DNA from: an uncultured Candidatus Saccharibacteria bacterium
GTDB taxonomy: Bacteria > Patescibacteriota > Dojkabacteria > SC72
Length of the DNA stretch: 64,000 bases
Reading direction: 5' to 3'
Assembly (NCBI GenBank): GCA_964560525.1
Contig: CAZLLO010000004.1
Coordinates: 530 to 64,529 of the forward strand
Shown here: one piece after another, positions 28,173-37,667 of the stretch
Numbering within the stretch: position 1 is the stretch's first letter
Layout: each line of letters begins with the position of its first letter
Made by a program: the position numbers and the translations under genes
The notes under the pieces: generated by a model
Databases searched by the model: none
Told to the model about the DNA's origin: nothing
The model's input: the letters and a program-made list of their open reading frames with translations, nothing else

Positions 28173-28631
28173 ATGGATAAAAATATATTAAAAAACATAG
28201 AAGAGAGTCTGCTACAAAAGAGACCTGATGTTATGGTAGGTGACACTGTTAAGTTATACATGAAGGTTAAGGAAGGTGCAAAGGAAAGAATACAGATGTA
28301 TGAGGGTGTTGTTATTGCTATCAATGGTAGCGGTATTAATACCAATATTACAGTAAGGAAGATTTCTTACGGTATTGGTGTTGAAAAGATTGTTCCTTTA
28401 CATTCTCCTGTTTTAAGTAAGATTGAGATTGTTAAAAGAGGTACAGTTAGAAGATCAAAGCTATATTTCTTGAGAGATAGGGTTGGAAAGAGAGCTTTGA
28501 AGATTAACAAGATTAAGGATGTCTTTATGACGGATGAGGTTGAGGTTCCTGAGGTTGGAGAAGCTTCTACAGAAGAAGTTGTTACAGAGACACCTGTTGA
28601 AGAGGTAGTTGAAGAAAAGACAGAAGCTTAG
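28173..28631 (+). CDS. rplS: 50S ribosomal protein L19 with acidic tail
   Basis: GDTV...KERIQMYEGVVI...TVRKISYGIGVEK...VRRSKLYFLR. Confidence 0.97.
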   Translation: MDKNILKNIEESLLQKRPDVMVGDTVKLYMKVKEGAKERIQMYEGVVIAINGSGINTNITVRKISYGIGVEKIVPLHSPVLSKIEIVKRGTVRRSKLYFLRDRVGKRALKINKIKDVFMTDEVEVPEVGEASTEEVVTETPVEEVVEEKTEA

Positions 28632-28652
28632 TATTATTAAAAATACTACTGC

Positions 28653-28729
28653 GCGGGGGTAGTTCAATTGGTTAGAATGTCTGTTTTCCAAACAGAGGGT
28701 TGCGGGTTCGAGCCCCGTCCCCCGCTCCA
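28653..28729 (+). tRNA. tRNA-Gly(TCC)
   Basis: GCGGGGG...CCCCCGC-T-CCA, anticodon loop TT-TCC-AA. Confidence 0.96.
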
Positions 28730-28756
28730 TATCTATATATGGAAATGTAGTCCCAC

Positions 28757-28785
28757 TGTAACTTATCCACAATTTGTAATATAAT
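28757..28785 (+). promoter_or_regulatory. promoter with embedded DnaA box
   Basis: TTATCCACA 28763-28771 upstream of TATAAT 28780-28785. Confidence 0.5.
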
Positions 28786-28794
28786 ACTGTGCAT

Positions 28795-29364
28795 ATGCAA
28801 AACGCAGATGTACCTTTATGGGACAAAGGAGACAAAACAGATGATTATGCCAAAGGTGGTGGTAGTGGTTTTTCTTTTTTTGATTCAGATGTAAAAGGTG
28901 ATAAAACCGAGGATGTGGAAAAGGTTTATGAATTGGTGTTAGGTAGAAAACCTACTTCTAGAGAGCTTTCTTACTATAGATATGCTCCTGTTAAAAAGGA
29001 TGAGATATTAAAGAAGCTTTTGAAGAGCGATGAGCATAAAGATCTTGTAAAAAAAGGGAGAGAGTATCCAGAATTAGAAGAGAGAGAAAAACTTGGACAG
29101 AGTACTATCTTGAAACTTAAACATAGTATTGAAGATCAACAAGAGGAATTTAAGGAAACAAAGGCTATACTGCAAGAAAAAAATAGAGAAATAGGGGTAC
29201 TAAGAGAAGAAAAAAATATTCCATATGTTACACAATCATTTTTAGAGGGCAAGGGAGTTGTGTACTATCAAAGTGCTGCACAGACACAAAAGAGCGAGAG
29301 AGTTGGAGTTTCAAAGAATTGGTTAGACAAGCTTTTTTATTTTATTCAAAATCTATCTAAATAG
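28795..29364 (+). CDS. hypothetical coiled-coil protein (DUF4214-like helical motif)
   Basis: VEKVYELVLGRKP..RE motif, coiled coil, amphipathic C-terminal helix WLDKLFYFIQNL. Confidence 0.65.
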   Translation: MQNADVPLWDKGDKTDDYAKGGGSGFSFFDSDVKGDKTEDVEKVYELVLGRKPTSRELSYYRYAPVKKDEILKKLLKSDEHKDLVKKGREYPELEEREKLGQSTILKLKHSIEDQQEEFKETKAILQEKNREIGVLREEKNIPYVTQSFLEGKGVVYYQSAAQTQKSERVGVSKNWLDKLFYFIQNLSK

Positions 29365-29366
29365 TC

Positions 29367-29570
29367 ATGACACCTAGAATATTAGCAAAGAAATTAAAAG
29401 ACGCACGTGAGGAGGTAGGTTATTCTCAGAAAGAATTAGGGCTAAGAGTTGGGCTATCAGATAAGTCTATCAGTATCTATGAGAAAGGTTCTGTATATCC
29501 CCCAATATCCAACCTATTAAGAATAGCGAAAGAGCTAAAGAAAGAGATTGGTTTCTTTTTTAAAGATTAA
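29367..29570 (+). CDS. XRE-family HTH regulator
   Basis: LKDAREEVGYSQKELG..VGLSDKSISIYEKG...P...L.RIA. Confidence 0.9.
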   Translation: MTPRILAKKLKDAREEVGYSQKELGLRVGLSDKSISIYEKGSVYPPISNLLRIAKELKKEIGFFFKD

Positions 29571-30202
29571 CGAGGAGGAGTGAGCCAGCTTTTTGCTTTT
29601 TTACTGTATTTCTTAACAAGTTTTTTAATACCCCAGATTGCAAGTACTATTATTCCAACGATTATTAATATTTCTAGCACTAACAAGAGTATGTAGGGAG
29701 TACCTACTGGTTGTGATACTAATTCTTTACTTAATACCAGTGTATCTTCTACGCTATTTGTGTAATTAGTATCGTATTGCCAAGAAACAACACTAACACT
29801 AATAGTGAATGTACCCTTAGCTGTTGGTCTTACAACTGCTTTGTAACTGTATTCTTGCTCCGTTGCCATTGACACGAAACCTTGTGTTCTTGGTGAAATA
29901 GAAAGACTTGCGGAGGAACTATTCCAAGTCATCTGTGTTTTTGCAGAGTTAATATGTGGTACTACGGTTAATGTATAAAGAATGCTGTTATCAAGTGGAG
30001 ATTGAAGTTCTTGTGTTAATGTTAAATCGAAGTACTTATTAGTAGCCTTTGTTGTATTCTCATCAATTTGTGTTTCTAATGTATAGTCTCCAGTAGATTC
30101 TTCTGTTGTTGTCGTTGTGGTAGTTGTATCTTGTGCGAATACGTACCCAAAAGAAGTTAGACAGAGTAAAAGAGAGAGTATCAGGGTTGTTATCTTTTTC
30201 AT
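29567..30202 (-). CDS. exported protein with C-terminal TM anchor
   Basis: Signal peptide (VFA), Thr-rich linker, beta-rich domain, TM plus basic tail. Confidence 0.75.
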   Translation of the reverse strand: MKKITTLILSLLLCLTSFGYVFAQDTTTTTTTTEESTGDYTLETQIDENTTKATNKYFDLTLTQELQSPLDNSILYTLTVVPHINSAKTQMTWNSSSASLSISPRTQGFVSMATEQEYSYKAVVRPTAKGTFTISVSVVSWQYDTNYTNSVEDTLVLSKELVSQPVGTPYILLLVLEILIIVGIIVLAIWGIKKLVKKYSKKAKSWLTPPR

Positions 30203-30618
30203 TTTAATATCCTATGAATGCTCATATTATATATTTTATATGCCTCTTGGGCTTCATTCTCAGATACATCTAAATCGTCATGTACAATTCTATTACGTAG
30301 TTTATGAATTTCCCAAAGTTCATTGTATTCTCTTTTGCTAAATCTTTTACTTATTAATTTTAAATTATCCCCACATAGTTTAGTATTACTCAGTCGATAT
30401 TGTAATGCCTTGGAGAGAATATTGTCTAGTTTAATAACCGTATCTCTTCTTCTAGCTAGATCATCACTAAAAGCTCCTGCTTTTAATGCTTCTAAACTGT
30501 TTAACATTCGAGATTTGGTTTTTGTTTTTTCATGCTTCTGACTTGAAGCAACAAGGATGAAGAGACCTGCAATGAAGATTAAAATTAGAACTGTAATTAA
30601 GACTGCATTATTATCCAT
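30199..30618 (-). CDS. membrane-anchored HEPN/DUF4145-like protein
   Basis: N-terminal TM; WEIHKLRNRIVH carries an RxxxxH motif. Confidence 0.6.
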   Translation of the reverse strand: MDNNAVLITVLILIFIAGLFILVASSQKHEKTKTKSRMLNSLEALKAGAFSDDLARRRDTVIKLDNILSKALQYRLSNTKLCGDNLKLISKRFSKREYNELWEIHKLRNRIVHDDLDVSENEAQEAYKIYNMSIHRILK

Positions 30619-32500
30619 TTTGTTTATGCTTAAATTTCTTTACTAAGAAGTATACCAAATATCCTAAACCAAGAAATGAAGCCAACGAAAGTATCTTTAC
30701 CATTACCTGCATGTATACAGGAATAAATATATCTAAGTCGGATTCCAGTAGGAGTTCCTTTTTGTAATCCATATTTGAAAAGGTAATATTTACGTAAGAA
30801 TTTGAATAGCTTCCAGAATTTGGAATATTAAATTGTAATGTAGCGCTTTGTTTTGGGAGTACAATTTGTGTATTTATATTATTTACTGGATCTACATATC
30901 TTTGTAAGTTCTCAAAGCTGGATTGAGAAATAGCGTAATCTGAAATAGCAATATTCCCCGTGTTAGTAATGTTTATTAACGTTTTAAAATATTTGCTTAA
31001 TATATTATTACTATCAAAAACCAATTGAGCTTCCACAGAGAAATTTGGTACTACTTCTTCTTGAGAACTAGAAGTAACTTTAAAATCATTATCATTGTAA
31101 AAAGTAAGTTTTGGAGCTACAGAGGATTTTCCTCTTACTAGTATGGCTATATGGTCATAGAATTTATCCTTGTAGAGAGATTTGGAAGCGTAGTCCTCTA
31201 AGAAAGGATCTAATGTTAACCATTGGTTTTGAGTATAGTCATATACTTCTACCCAGTAGTTGTAAAAACCATCCGATGTATATCCAGAAATATTGGAAAC
31301 ATACCCAATAACTTGTCTTGCAGGTATACCATATTTTCTAAATACCGTTATTAAGAAATCGGTGTAATCAGAGGGTGTTACTTCGTTGGGATTTGAAACG
31401 AGATTATCAAATCCAACTCTACTGTCTGTTATTATTCCACTAGTTAGTTCCTTTTGTGGATTCAGGCGATCTATAACGTATGAATACAGATATTTGTATA
31501 CTAATTCTTGTGTGTCTTTAGAAACATCTTGAATATTAGAGAAACCCTCAGGGATGTTTAATTTCTTCTCTCTCAAATAATTATCAATCCTCGTAAATTC
31601 ATTCTTTTGTGTAACACTCCAGTATCCAGTATTCTGGGTTAAAAATGCGTCTAAAGCAGAAGTATCCTCAGAAGCATCATGCTTTAGTATGTATCCTTTA
31701 ATCATGCAATCAGTAGTTTTCTGAGGGGCTAATGTATATTGAAATATGTAATTTCCATCTTCATCCTGCTTGGCTATATTGGGAAGTGGGCTGATTTCAT
31801 CCCAGATAATCGTTTGATTTGCCCCATCAGCTGGTAATATCAACTCAAATGTCTGATTCTCGTCTTCTAATGAGTTTGTGAAGGTTTTTGATACTTCGAA
31901 TTTGTATGAGATTTGTTTCCCAAAAAGTATGGATAGTTTGTTGTGTATAGGTTTGAGAATAGTAATCTGATAGTTATCTCCAATACTTTTTATGCTTTGT
32001 ACAGTATCTGAAGTCCATAGTGGTTCTCCAAGGGTTTTTGAATATGTTACAGTAATACTTTTTGTCGTTGTATCTTGTACTGAGGATGGTATATTGTACG
32101 AATCTGTACTAGAAGAGGTTCGTGTATATATCAATCTTAGTTTTAATGGTGTATTAGATCGTACAACTGCATTGTTAAGGTCTAAGAGTACATCAGTAGC
32201 TCCTGTCCTTTGATGGTTAGTGCAGGAGTATTCTTTGCTTGTATTGTAGTTGTAACATTTGACCTTGAGATTCTCTTCTGGGATTGTTGCAGTATAGTAA
32301 GATATAACCCTTGAAGAAGAGGAAGATATTGTAAGAATAGCTTCAGTGCTGATGTTTGTTTCTGTAATATTGTGAACAAAATCACTAGTAAGAGTAAAAG
32401 AATCTACAGCGGATACTTTGGAGGCGCAAAGAAGAGAAATTACAAATACAAGGCTAGATAGCGACAGAATTTTCTTTAAATAGCCATTCAAATCTCTCAT
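30611..32500 (-). CDS. transglutaminase-like domain surface protein (catalytic residues apparently lost)
   Basis: FRKYGIPARQVIGY, WVEVY, WLTLDP core; signal peptide and C-terminal TM. Confidence 0.8.
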   Translation of the reverse strand: MRDLNGYLKKILSLSSLVFVISLLCASKVSAVDSFTLTSDFVHNITETNISTEAILTISSSSSRVISYYTATIPEENLKVKCYNYNTSKEYSCTNHQRTGATDVLLDLNNAVVRSNTPLKLRLIYTRTSSSTDSYNIPSSVQDTTTKSITVTYSKTLGEPLWTSDTVQSIKSIGDNYQITILKPIHNKLSILFGKQISYKFEVSKTFTNSLEDENQTFELILPADGANQTIIWDEISPLPNIAKQDEDGNYIFQYTLAPQKTTDCMIKGYILKHDASEDTSALDAFLTQNTGYWSVTQKNEFTRIDNYLREKKLNIPEGFSNIQDVSKDTQELVYKYLYSYVIDRLNPQKELTSGIITDSRVGFDNLVSNPNEVTPSDYTDFLITVFRKYGIPARQVIGYVSNISGYTSDGFYNYWVEVYDYTQNQWLTLDPFLEDYASKSLYKDKFYDHIAILVRGKSSVAPKLTFYNDNDFKVTSSSQEEVVPNFSVEAQLVFDSNNILSKYFKTLINITNTGNIAISDYAISQSSFENLQRYVDPVNNINTQIVLPKQSATLQFNIPNSGSYSNSYVNITFSNMDYKKELLLESDLDIFIPVYMQVMVKILSLASFLGLGYLVYFLVKKFKHKQNG

Positions 32501-33188
32501 ATTTTCTTAATATTTGTTTTATTACAGGAGTCTTAGGTGTAATTCCATAGTTTAAAATTATCTTATCCCAGTCTAGTTTCTCAGGTTCATTAACAATTTT
32601 GTAATATGGATTTCGGACAGTTTCCTGCTTGGCATTTTTTCTAATAATATAATAGGCTAATCCATTCTTCTCATCAAGGACTACGTGTGGATGAGCATTA
32701 ATACTTAGATATTCTGCGAAGATAAGGTTGGAATTTTGGCGGGTATTTACAACAACTGCACTATATCCAGCGGGTACTATGACCTTTTGCTCTTTTTTCG
32801 CAGTAATCCTTATAATTCGATTGTCTTTGGGAGATCGATATCTTTGTAACAGGATAGTAGCTCCACCATATATAATATCTATTAACCTAGGATATCTGAG
32901 ACACTTAGTAGCTCTGGTTTTTACAAATTCTATCCCAGCTAAGTTTGGTTTTAGTACATAGAAATTTATCTTTAAATCTTTTGAAGCGTATAGATTGTCA
33001 AAGTCTAATCCTTTGTATTTCTTGTAAAAGACTTCAGGGCATGATAATTCTTTGTTAAGAAGTTGTGCTCTTACATCATCTATTGAAATGGAAATTGTCT
33101 CCTGGAATTTCAAATCCTTAGCCTGCAAATCTTCTCCATCATAAATGAGGGGAAAACCAGAAGTTTTCTTAAGGTCTATTTTTGCCAT
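32454..33188 (-). CDS. cupin-type glucose-6-phosphate isomerase-like protein (degenerate)
   Basis: GIEFVKT, GGATILLQ, KVIVPAGY, GLAYYI, NPYY match the archaeal-type cupin GPI layout. Confidence 0.65.
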   Translation of the reverse strand: MAKIDLKKTSGFPLIYDGEDLQAKDLKFQETISISIDDVRAQLLNKELSCPEVFYKKYKGLDFDNLYASKDLKINFYVLKPNLAGIEFVKTRATKCLRYPRLIDIIYGGATILLQRYRSPKDNRIIRITAKKEQKVIVPAGYSAVVVNTRQNSNLIFAEYLSINAHPHVVLDEKNGLAYYIIRKNAKQETVRNPYYKIVNEPEKLDWDKIILNYGITPKTPVIKQILRKYERFEWLFKENSVAI

Positions 33189-33212
33189 ATCGGATATTAT
33201 ACCACATGAGGT

Positions 33213-33500
33213 TTAATCCCTAGAAAAGGATTTTAAAAGCTCGGAGAGAATGAATGTGGCTATTATGTAGAAAAGTAGCGCTATCAAGGGAGTTAAAGGT
33301 AATACGAATCTGTCAATCTGTAAGGAATTCGCAGTTATACCATTGAAAGGGCGTATAAATATCTCACTAGTATTCATAATCCAGCCTACAAGAGTATTTT
33401 GGACATTTGCTCCGACAACGGAAAGTACTGTTCTAGCAATCACCAAGGCTTCTATGAGCACAGCTGCAGTATATAATAATCTAATTAAGAATTTGAACAT
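33213..33500 (-). CDS. YggT-family membrane protein
   Basis: GAN..N.LVGWI...SEIFIRPFNGI with two TMs. Confidence 0.8.
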   Translation of the reverse strand: MFKFLIRLLYTAAVLIEALVIARTVLSVVGANVQNTLVGWIMNTSEIFIRPFNGITANSLQIDRFVLPLTPLIALLFYIIATFILSELLKSFSRD

Positions 33501-33502
33501 GG

Positions 33503-34222
33503 CTATAGATTATCTAAGTTATCTGCATAATAATCAAGTTCATTCATGAATCTTGTAACCCCATGAGCCCAAGCATGTGCATTCCCTTGTGCACATGGAG
33601 GACAATATGATGGCTCGATGTCAAAAGGAGTTAAATCAGTACCATAGCCCTGTGCCAGACCCCTGGTAATCTCTTTAATTCCATCTGGCCATGTTGCAAA
33701 CATACTCCAACCATTTGCATTTTTATTTATCCCCCTCCAGCCCCATGCATTGTGAGAACCCTTGGGTATTAAATTCCCAAAAGCAGATTCTACTCCCGAG
33801 ATAGAGGCTACAAGTCTCCAATCTAATCCGTAACTATCTGCTTGTGATATTAAAACAGAAGAATATTGAGCCATTGGGGAGTGATAGTCACTAAGAAATT
33901 TATTCATAGCGACAATTCTTGCATCTATAGTAAAGAATTTCGTCTTACTTATTAAAGCATTATCTTCAATCTGTGTATTAAGATTATACTTCCCAGAATA
34001 TACGTGTATATCAAAAACTGGCGAAAGAGTGTTCATTTCTACGGTTGAAGTATTACGAATGGCTTTTCCAATGACCGCCATGTAAATATTCTCAATATGT
34101 GGTGAAAGAAAAAGATAATATGCTGCAATAAGAAAAATCGCAACCAAGACTCTAGTAATATTAGAGTGCAAAAAAGGCTTAATAGATAGTATATTTAGCT
34201 TTTTGTATATCTCATCTGGCAT
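33503..34222 (-). CDS. membrane-anchored lysozyme-like (glucosaminidase-type) protein
   Basis: YGLDWRLVASISGVESAFG...HNAWGW; start set to ATG 34222, which has TATACT 7 nt upstream. Confidence 0.7.
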   Translation of the reverse strand: MPDEIYKKLNILSIKPFLHSNITRVLVAIFLIAAYYLFLSPHIENIYMAVIGKAIRNTSTVEMNTLSPVFDIHVYSGKYNLNTQIEDNALISKTKFFTIDARIVAMNKFLSDYHSPMAQYSSVLISQADSYGLDWRLVASISGVESAFGNLIPKGSHNAWGWRGINKNANGWSMFATWPDGIKEITRGLAQGYGTDLTPFDIEPSYCPPCAQGNAHAWAHGVTRFMNELDYYADNLDNL

Positions 34223-34257
34223 AATATCCAGTATAACAGAAAGGGGCAATATTTGTT

Positions 34258-37200
34258 ATGTTCACTCATCTACATTTACATACAGAATACTCTTTGTTGG
34301 ACGCGACTATTAGAATTCCAGCATTGATACAGAAGCTTCAATCTTCGGGTATGACCTCTTGTGCAATTACCGACCATGGGAATATGTACGGTGTATTCAA
34401 ATTTCAAAATGCGATGAAAGAAGCTGGGCTTAAACCAATCATTGGTTGTGAGATCTATGTAGCACCTAGAGAAATGGATAAAAAGGAATTTGGTATCGAT
34501 AATAAATACTACCATCTAATTCTCTTGGCTAAAAATCTCGTAGGATACAAGAATTTAATGAAAATTGTATCTACTGCCCATATGGATGGTTTTTACTACA
34601 AACCAAGGATAGATTTTGAGACACTTTCTAAGTATACAGAGGGCCTGATATGTACATCTGCTTGTCTTGCGGGGCCTGTTTCTAGACCATTGTTAGAAAG
34701 CAACTATAATTTGGCTTTAGAAACAGCTAAAAAATACAATGAGATTTTCAAAGACAACTTCTATATTGAAATTCAGAGAAATGGTATGGAGGAACAGGTT
34801 AAAGTAAATGAGGGTTTAATCAAAATTTCAAAAGAATTAAAGCTTCCACTTGTAGCGACTTGTGATGCACATTATCTTAATAAGGAGGATGCGGAGATAC
34901 AAGAAATCCTTTGGTGCATCAGTGATGGTACAACTATGGATGATCCCAAGAAAAGAACTATGCCTACAAATGAGTTCTATGTTAAAACTCCAGAGGAGAT
35001 GTCAGAACTATTTAAAGATCTTCCAGAAGCTGTTGAGAATACCCTAAAGATAGCTGATTTAATTGAAATTTACGATATTACATTTGGAAGGGTTGAACCC
35101 CACTTCTTAGACTTACCAGAGGGATATACTCCTGCAACATATTTAAAAGAGCTTGCCTACAAAGGAGCAGAAGATAAATATGGGAGGATGGATCAAGCAC
35201 TAAAAGATCGTTTGGAGTATGAGTTAACCATAATCAATGACAAGGGCTACAATGATTACTTTCTAGTGGTCCGTGACTTTGTAGCTTTTTGTAGGAACAA
35301 TGGTATTGTAGTGGGTATGAGAGGCTCAGGATGTGGTTCTGTCGTTGCATATGCGGTAGAGATTACAAACATTGAACCAATAGGGTGGGAATTGTACTTT
35401 GAAAGATTTTTAAACCCAGAAAGACCAAGTCCTCCTGACTTTGATATCGATATTGCAGATAAAAGAAGAGATGAGCTAATACAGTACACCATGGAGAAGT
35501 ATGGTGCAGATAATGTAAAACAGATTGGTACATTTAGTAAACTTCAGACAAGACAAGCGATTAGAGATGTATCTCGAGTCATAGGGGTTGATTTGGAAAC
35601 AGCAAACAAACTTTCTAAAATGGTTGAGATTGTGTTTGGCCATGCCAAAGATATTGACTATATGGTTGAACATAACCCAGAGTTTGCAGAGATCATAAAC
35701 TCTTCTGACACGACACTTCATTTAGCTGAAATTGTACGGAAAGTTGCAGGATTATGTCGAGGTGTTTCTACTCATGCCTGTGGCATTATTGTTGCTCCTC
35801 AACCAGTTGTTAACTACGCTCCTGTACAAAGGGATTCTCATGGTGGTGGTATTGGTATGACACAATATGAAATGTTTGATATTGAGCCTATTGGGTTAAT
35901 GAAATTTGATTTCCTTGGACTCCGTAATCTAAATATTATCGGTTCTGCCATTAAAAAGATAGAAAAAAGTAGGAACGAGACTGTTGATCTTAGAGTCATA
36001 GATAAACATGATGCAGAATCGTTCAAAGTTATACGTGGTGGAAATACAATAGGTATCTTCCAAATGGAAAGTGAGGGGATGAAACGAACTATCCGTGCAC
36101 TCAAACCAGAAACACAGGAAGACATCTGTTACATATTAGCCGCATATCGTCCTGGTCCTATGCAGTATATCCCTGAGTATGTAGCTGTAAAAGAAGGTAA
36201 ACAAGCTCCAGATTATATCTTCGAACAATTAGAACCTGTACTTTCAATCACCAGAGGTGTCATCACATATCAGGAACAGGTTATGAAAATTGCACAGGTT
36301 GTTGCAGGATATTCTCTTGGTAAGGCAGATGTTTTAAGAAGAGCAATGGGTAAAAAGAAAGTAGAAATCATGGCGGCAGAAAAGCCAAAGTTTGTAGAAG
36401 GTGCAAGAGCAAACGGTTTCGATGAAGAGAAAGTAGACAAGATATGGGATAAATTAATACAGTTTGCAAACTACGGTTTTAACAAAGCACATAGTGCTTC
36501 ATATGCTACTGTTGCATATTGGACCGCATATCTAAAAGCACACTACCCACTTGAATTCATGGCTGCACTCCTAGAGGGAGATTTGGATAATTTCGATAGG
36601 GTAATATTGGATTTAGGGGAATGTGAAAGACTTGGGATTGAGGTATTGCCACCCAATATTAATGAAAGCGGTTACTATTTTGATGTAGAAAATGATCATG
36701 CTATTAGATTTGGGCTTGGAGGTATAAAGAATGTAGGAGAAGACGTGGTTAAATGTGTGGTAGAAGAAAGAAAGAGTAAAGGAGAGTTTAAACATTTGGA
36801 TGATTTTGTACATAGGGTGTATCAAAATATTGGGAAAAGAGCGATGGAATACTTAGTAATGGCTGGTACGATGGATACCTTTGGAGACAGAAATGCTTTG
36901 CTTCAAGTTCTCCCCAATATATATGAGAAAGAAAAAGTTCGTAACAAATCTGTATCTTTGGGACAGATAGATTTCTTTTCTCTTATGCAAGGTGAGACAA
37001 AAACAGAAGAAACAGTCGGTATGACACCGCTTCCAAATGTAGAGAAAACACCTGTTTCTCAAGCCCTTGCCTGGGAAAAAGAACTTCTAGGATTGTATTT
37101 TTCAAGCCATCCACTTGATGCATTCCAGGAATTTTTTGAAAGCAAAAATGTCATACCACTAAAACAGGCGTTAGATACAAAAGAAAATAATGCATTGGTA

Positions 37201-37653
37201 ATTCTTGGTGTTATGGTAGACAAGATAAGGAAAATAACCACTAAAAAAGGTGATATTATGGCCTTTCTAACCATAGAAGATAAATCGGGAACCTCAGACG
37301 CTATTGTCTTCCCTAGAGTGTATCAAGAATTAAAGGATACTCTAGTTACGAACAAGCCTATGCTCATAGCGGGTAAAATTAATGAAAAGGATGGAGAAAA
37401 AAGCATTGTTATAGAAAAAGCAAAATATATTGATGAAGAGAAATGTAAGTCAGAGTTTAATGGTATTACATTTAGAATTAGACCTGTTCATAGTGAGGAA
37501 GAGGTTGCACAGCTCAAAGCATTCATAGCAAATTCTGAAGGAGATTTGCCAGTAAAGATAATTGTGGATGATGGAGAGCATAAGAAGACAGTCATGCTAT
37601 CTAAAACGATAGCTATGAATGAAGAAACAAAGAAGTGGTTAAGGAAGTTCTAG
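34258..37653 (+). CDS. dnaE: DNA polymerase III alpha subunit
   Basis: HLHLHTEYSLLD PHP domain, FERFLNPER..PPDFDID, KFDFLGL, YGFNKAHS, OB fold. Confidence 0.98.
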   Translation: MFTHLHLHTEYSLLDATIRIPALIQKLQSSGMTSCAITDHGNMYGVFKFQNAMKEAGLKPIIGCEIYVAPREMDKKEFGIDNKYYHLILLAKNLVGYKNLMKIVSTAHMDGFYYKPRIDFETLSKYTEGLICTSACLAGPVSRPLLESNYNLALETAKKYNEIFKDNFYIEIQRNGMEEQVKVNEGLIKISKELKLPLVATCDAHYLNKEDAEIQEILWCISDGTTMDDPKKRTMPTNEFYVKTPEEMSELFKDLPEAVENTLKIADLIEIYDITFGRVEPHFLDLPEGYTPATYLKELAYKGAEDKYGRMDQALKDRLEYELTIINDKGYNDYFLVVRDFVAFCRNNGIVVGMRGSGCGSVVAYAVEITNIEPIGWELYFERFLNPERPSPPDFDIDIADKRRDELIQYTMEKYGADNVKQIGTFSKLQTRQAIRDVSRVIGVDLETANKLSKMVEIVFGHAKDIDYMVEHNPEFAEIINSSDTTLHLAEIVRKVAGLCRGVSTHACGIIVAPQPVVNYAPVQRDSHGGGIGMTQYEMFDIEPIGLMKFDFLGLRNLNIIGSAIKKIEKSRNETVDLRVIDKHDAESFKVIRGGNTIGIFQMESEGMKRTIRALKPETQEDICYILAAYRPGPMQYIPEYVAVKEGKQAPDYIFEQLEPVLSITRGVITYQEQVMKIAQVVAGYSLGKADVLRRAMGKKKVEIMAAEKPKFVEGARANGFDEEKVDKIWDKLIQFANYGFNKAHSASYATVAYWTAYLKAHYPLEFMAALLEGDLDNFDRVILDLGECERLGIEVLPPNINESGYYFDVENDHAIRFGLGGIKNVGEDVVKCVVEERKSKGEFKHLDDFVHRVYQNIGKRAMEYLVMAGTMDTFGDRNALLQVLPNIYEKEKVRNKSVSLGQIDFFSLMQGETKTEETVGMTPLPNVEKTPVSQALAWEKELLGLYFSSHPLDAFQEFFESKNVIPLKQALDTKENNALVILGVMVDKIRKITTKKGDIMAFLTIEDKSGTSDAIVFPRVYQELKDTLVTNKPMLIAGKINEKDGEKSIVIEKAKYIDEEKCKSEFNGITFRIRPVHSEEEVAQLKAFIANSEGDLPVKIIVDDGEHKKTVMLSKTIAMNEETKKWLRKF

Positions 37654-37667
37654 TGATATAATAGGTA

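Noticed and set aside
28461-28835. 124-aa minus-strand ORF
   Set aside because: Antisense to rplS and tRNA-Gly.
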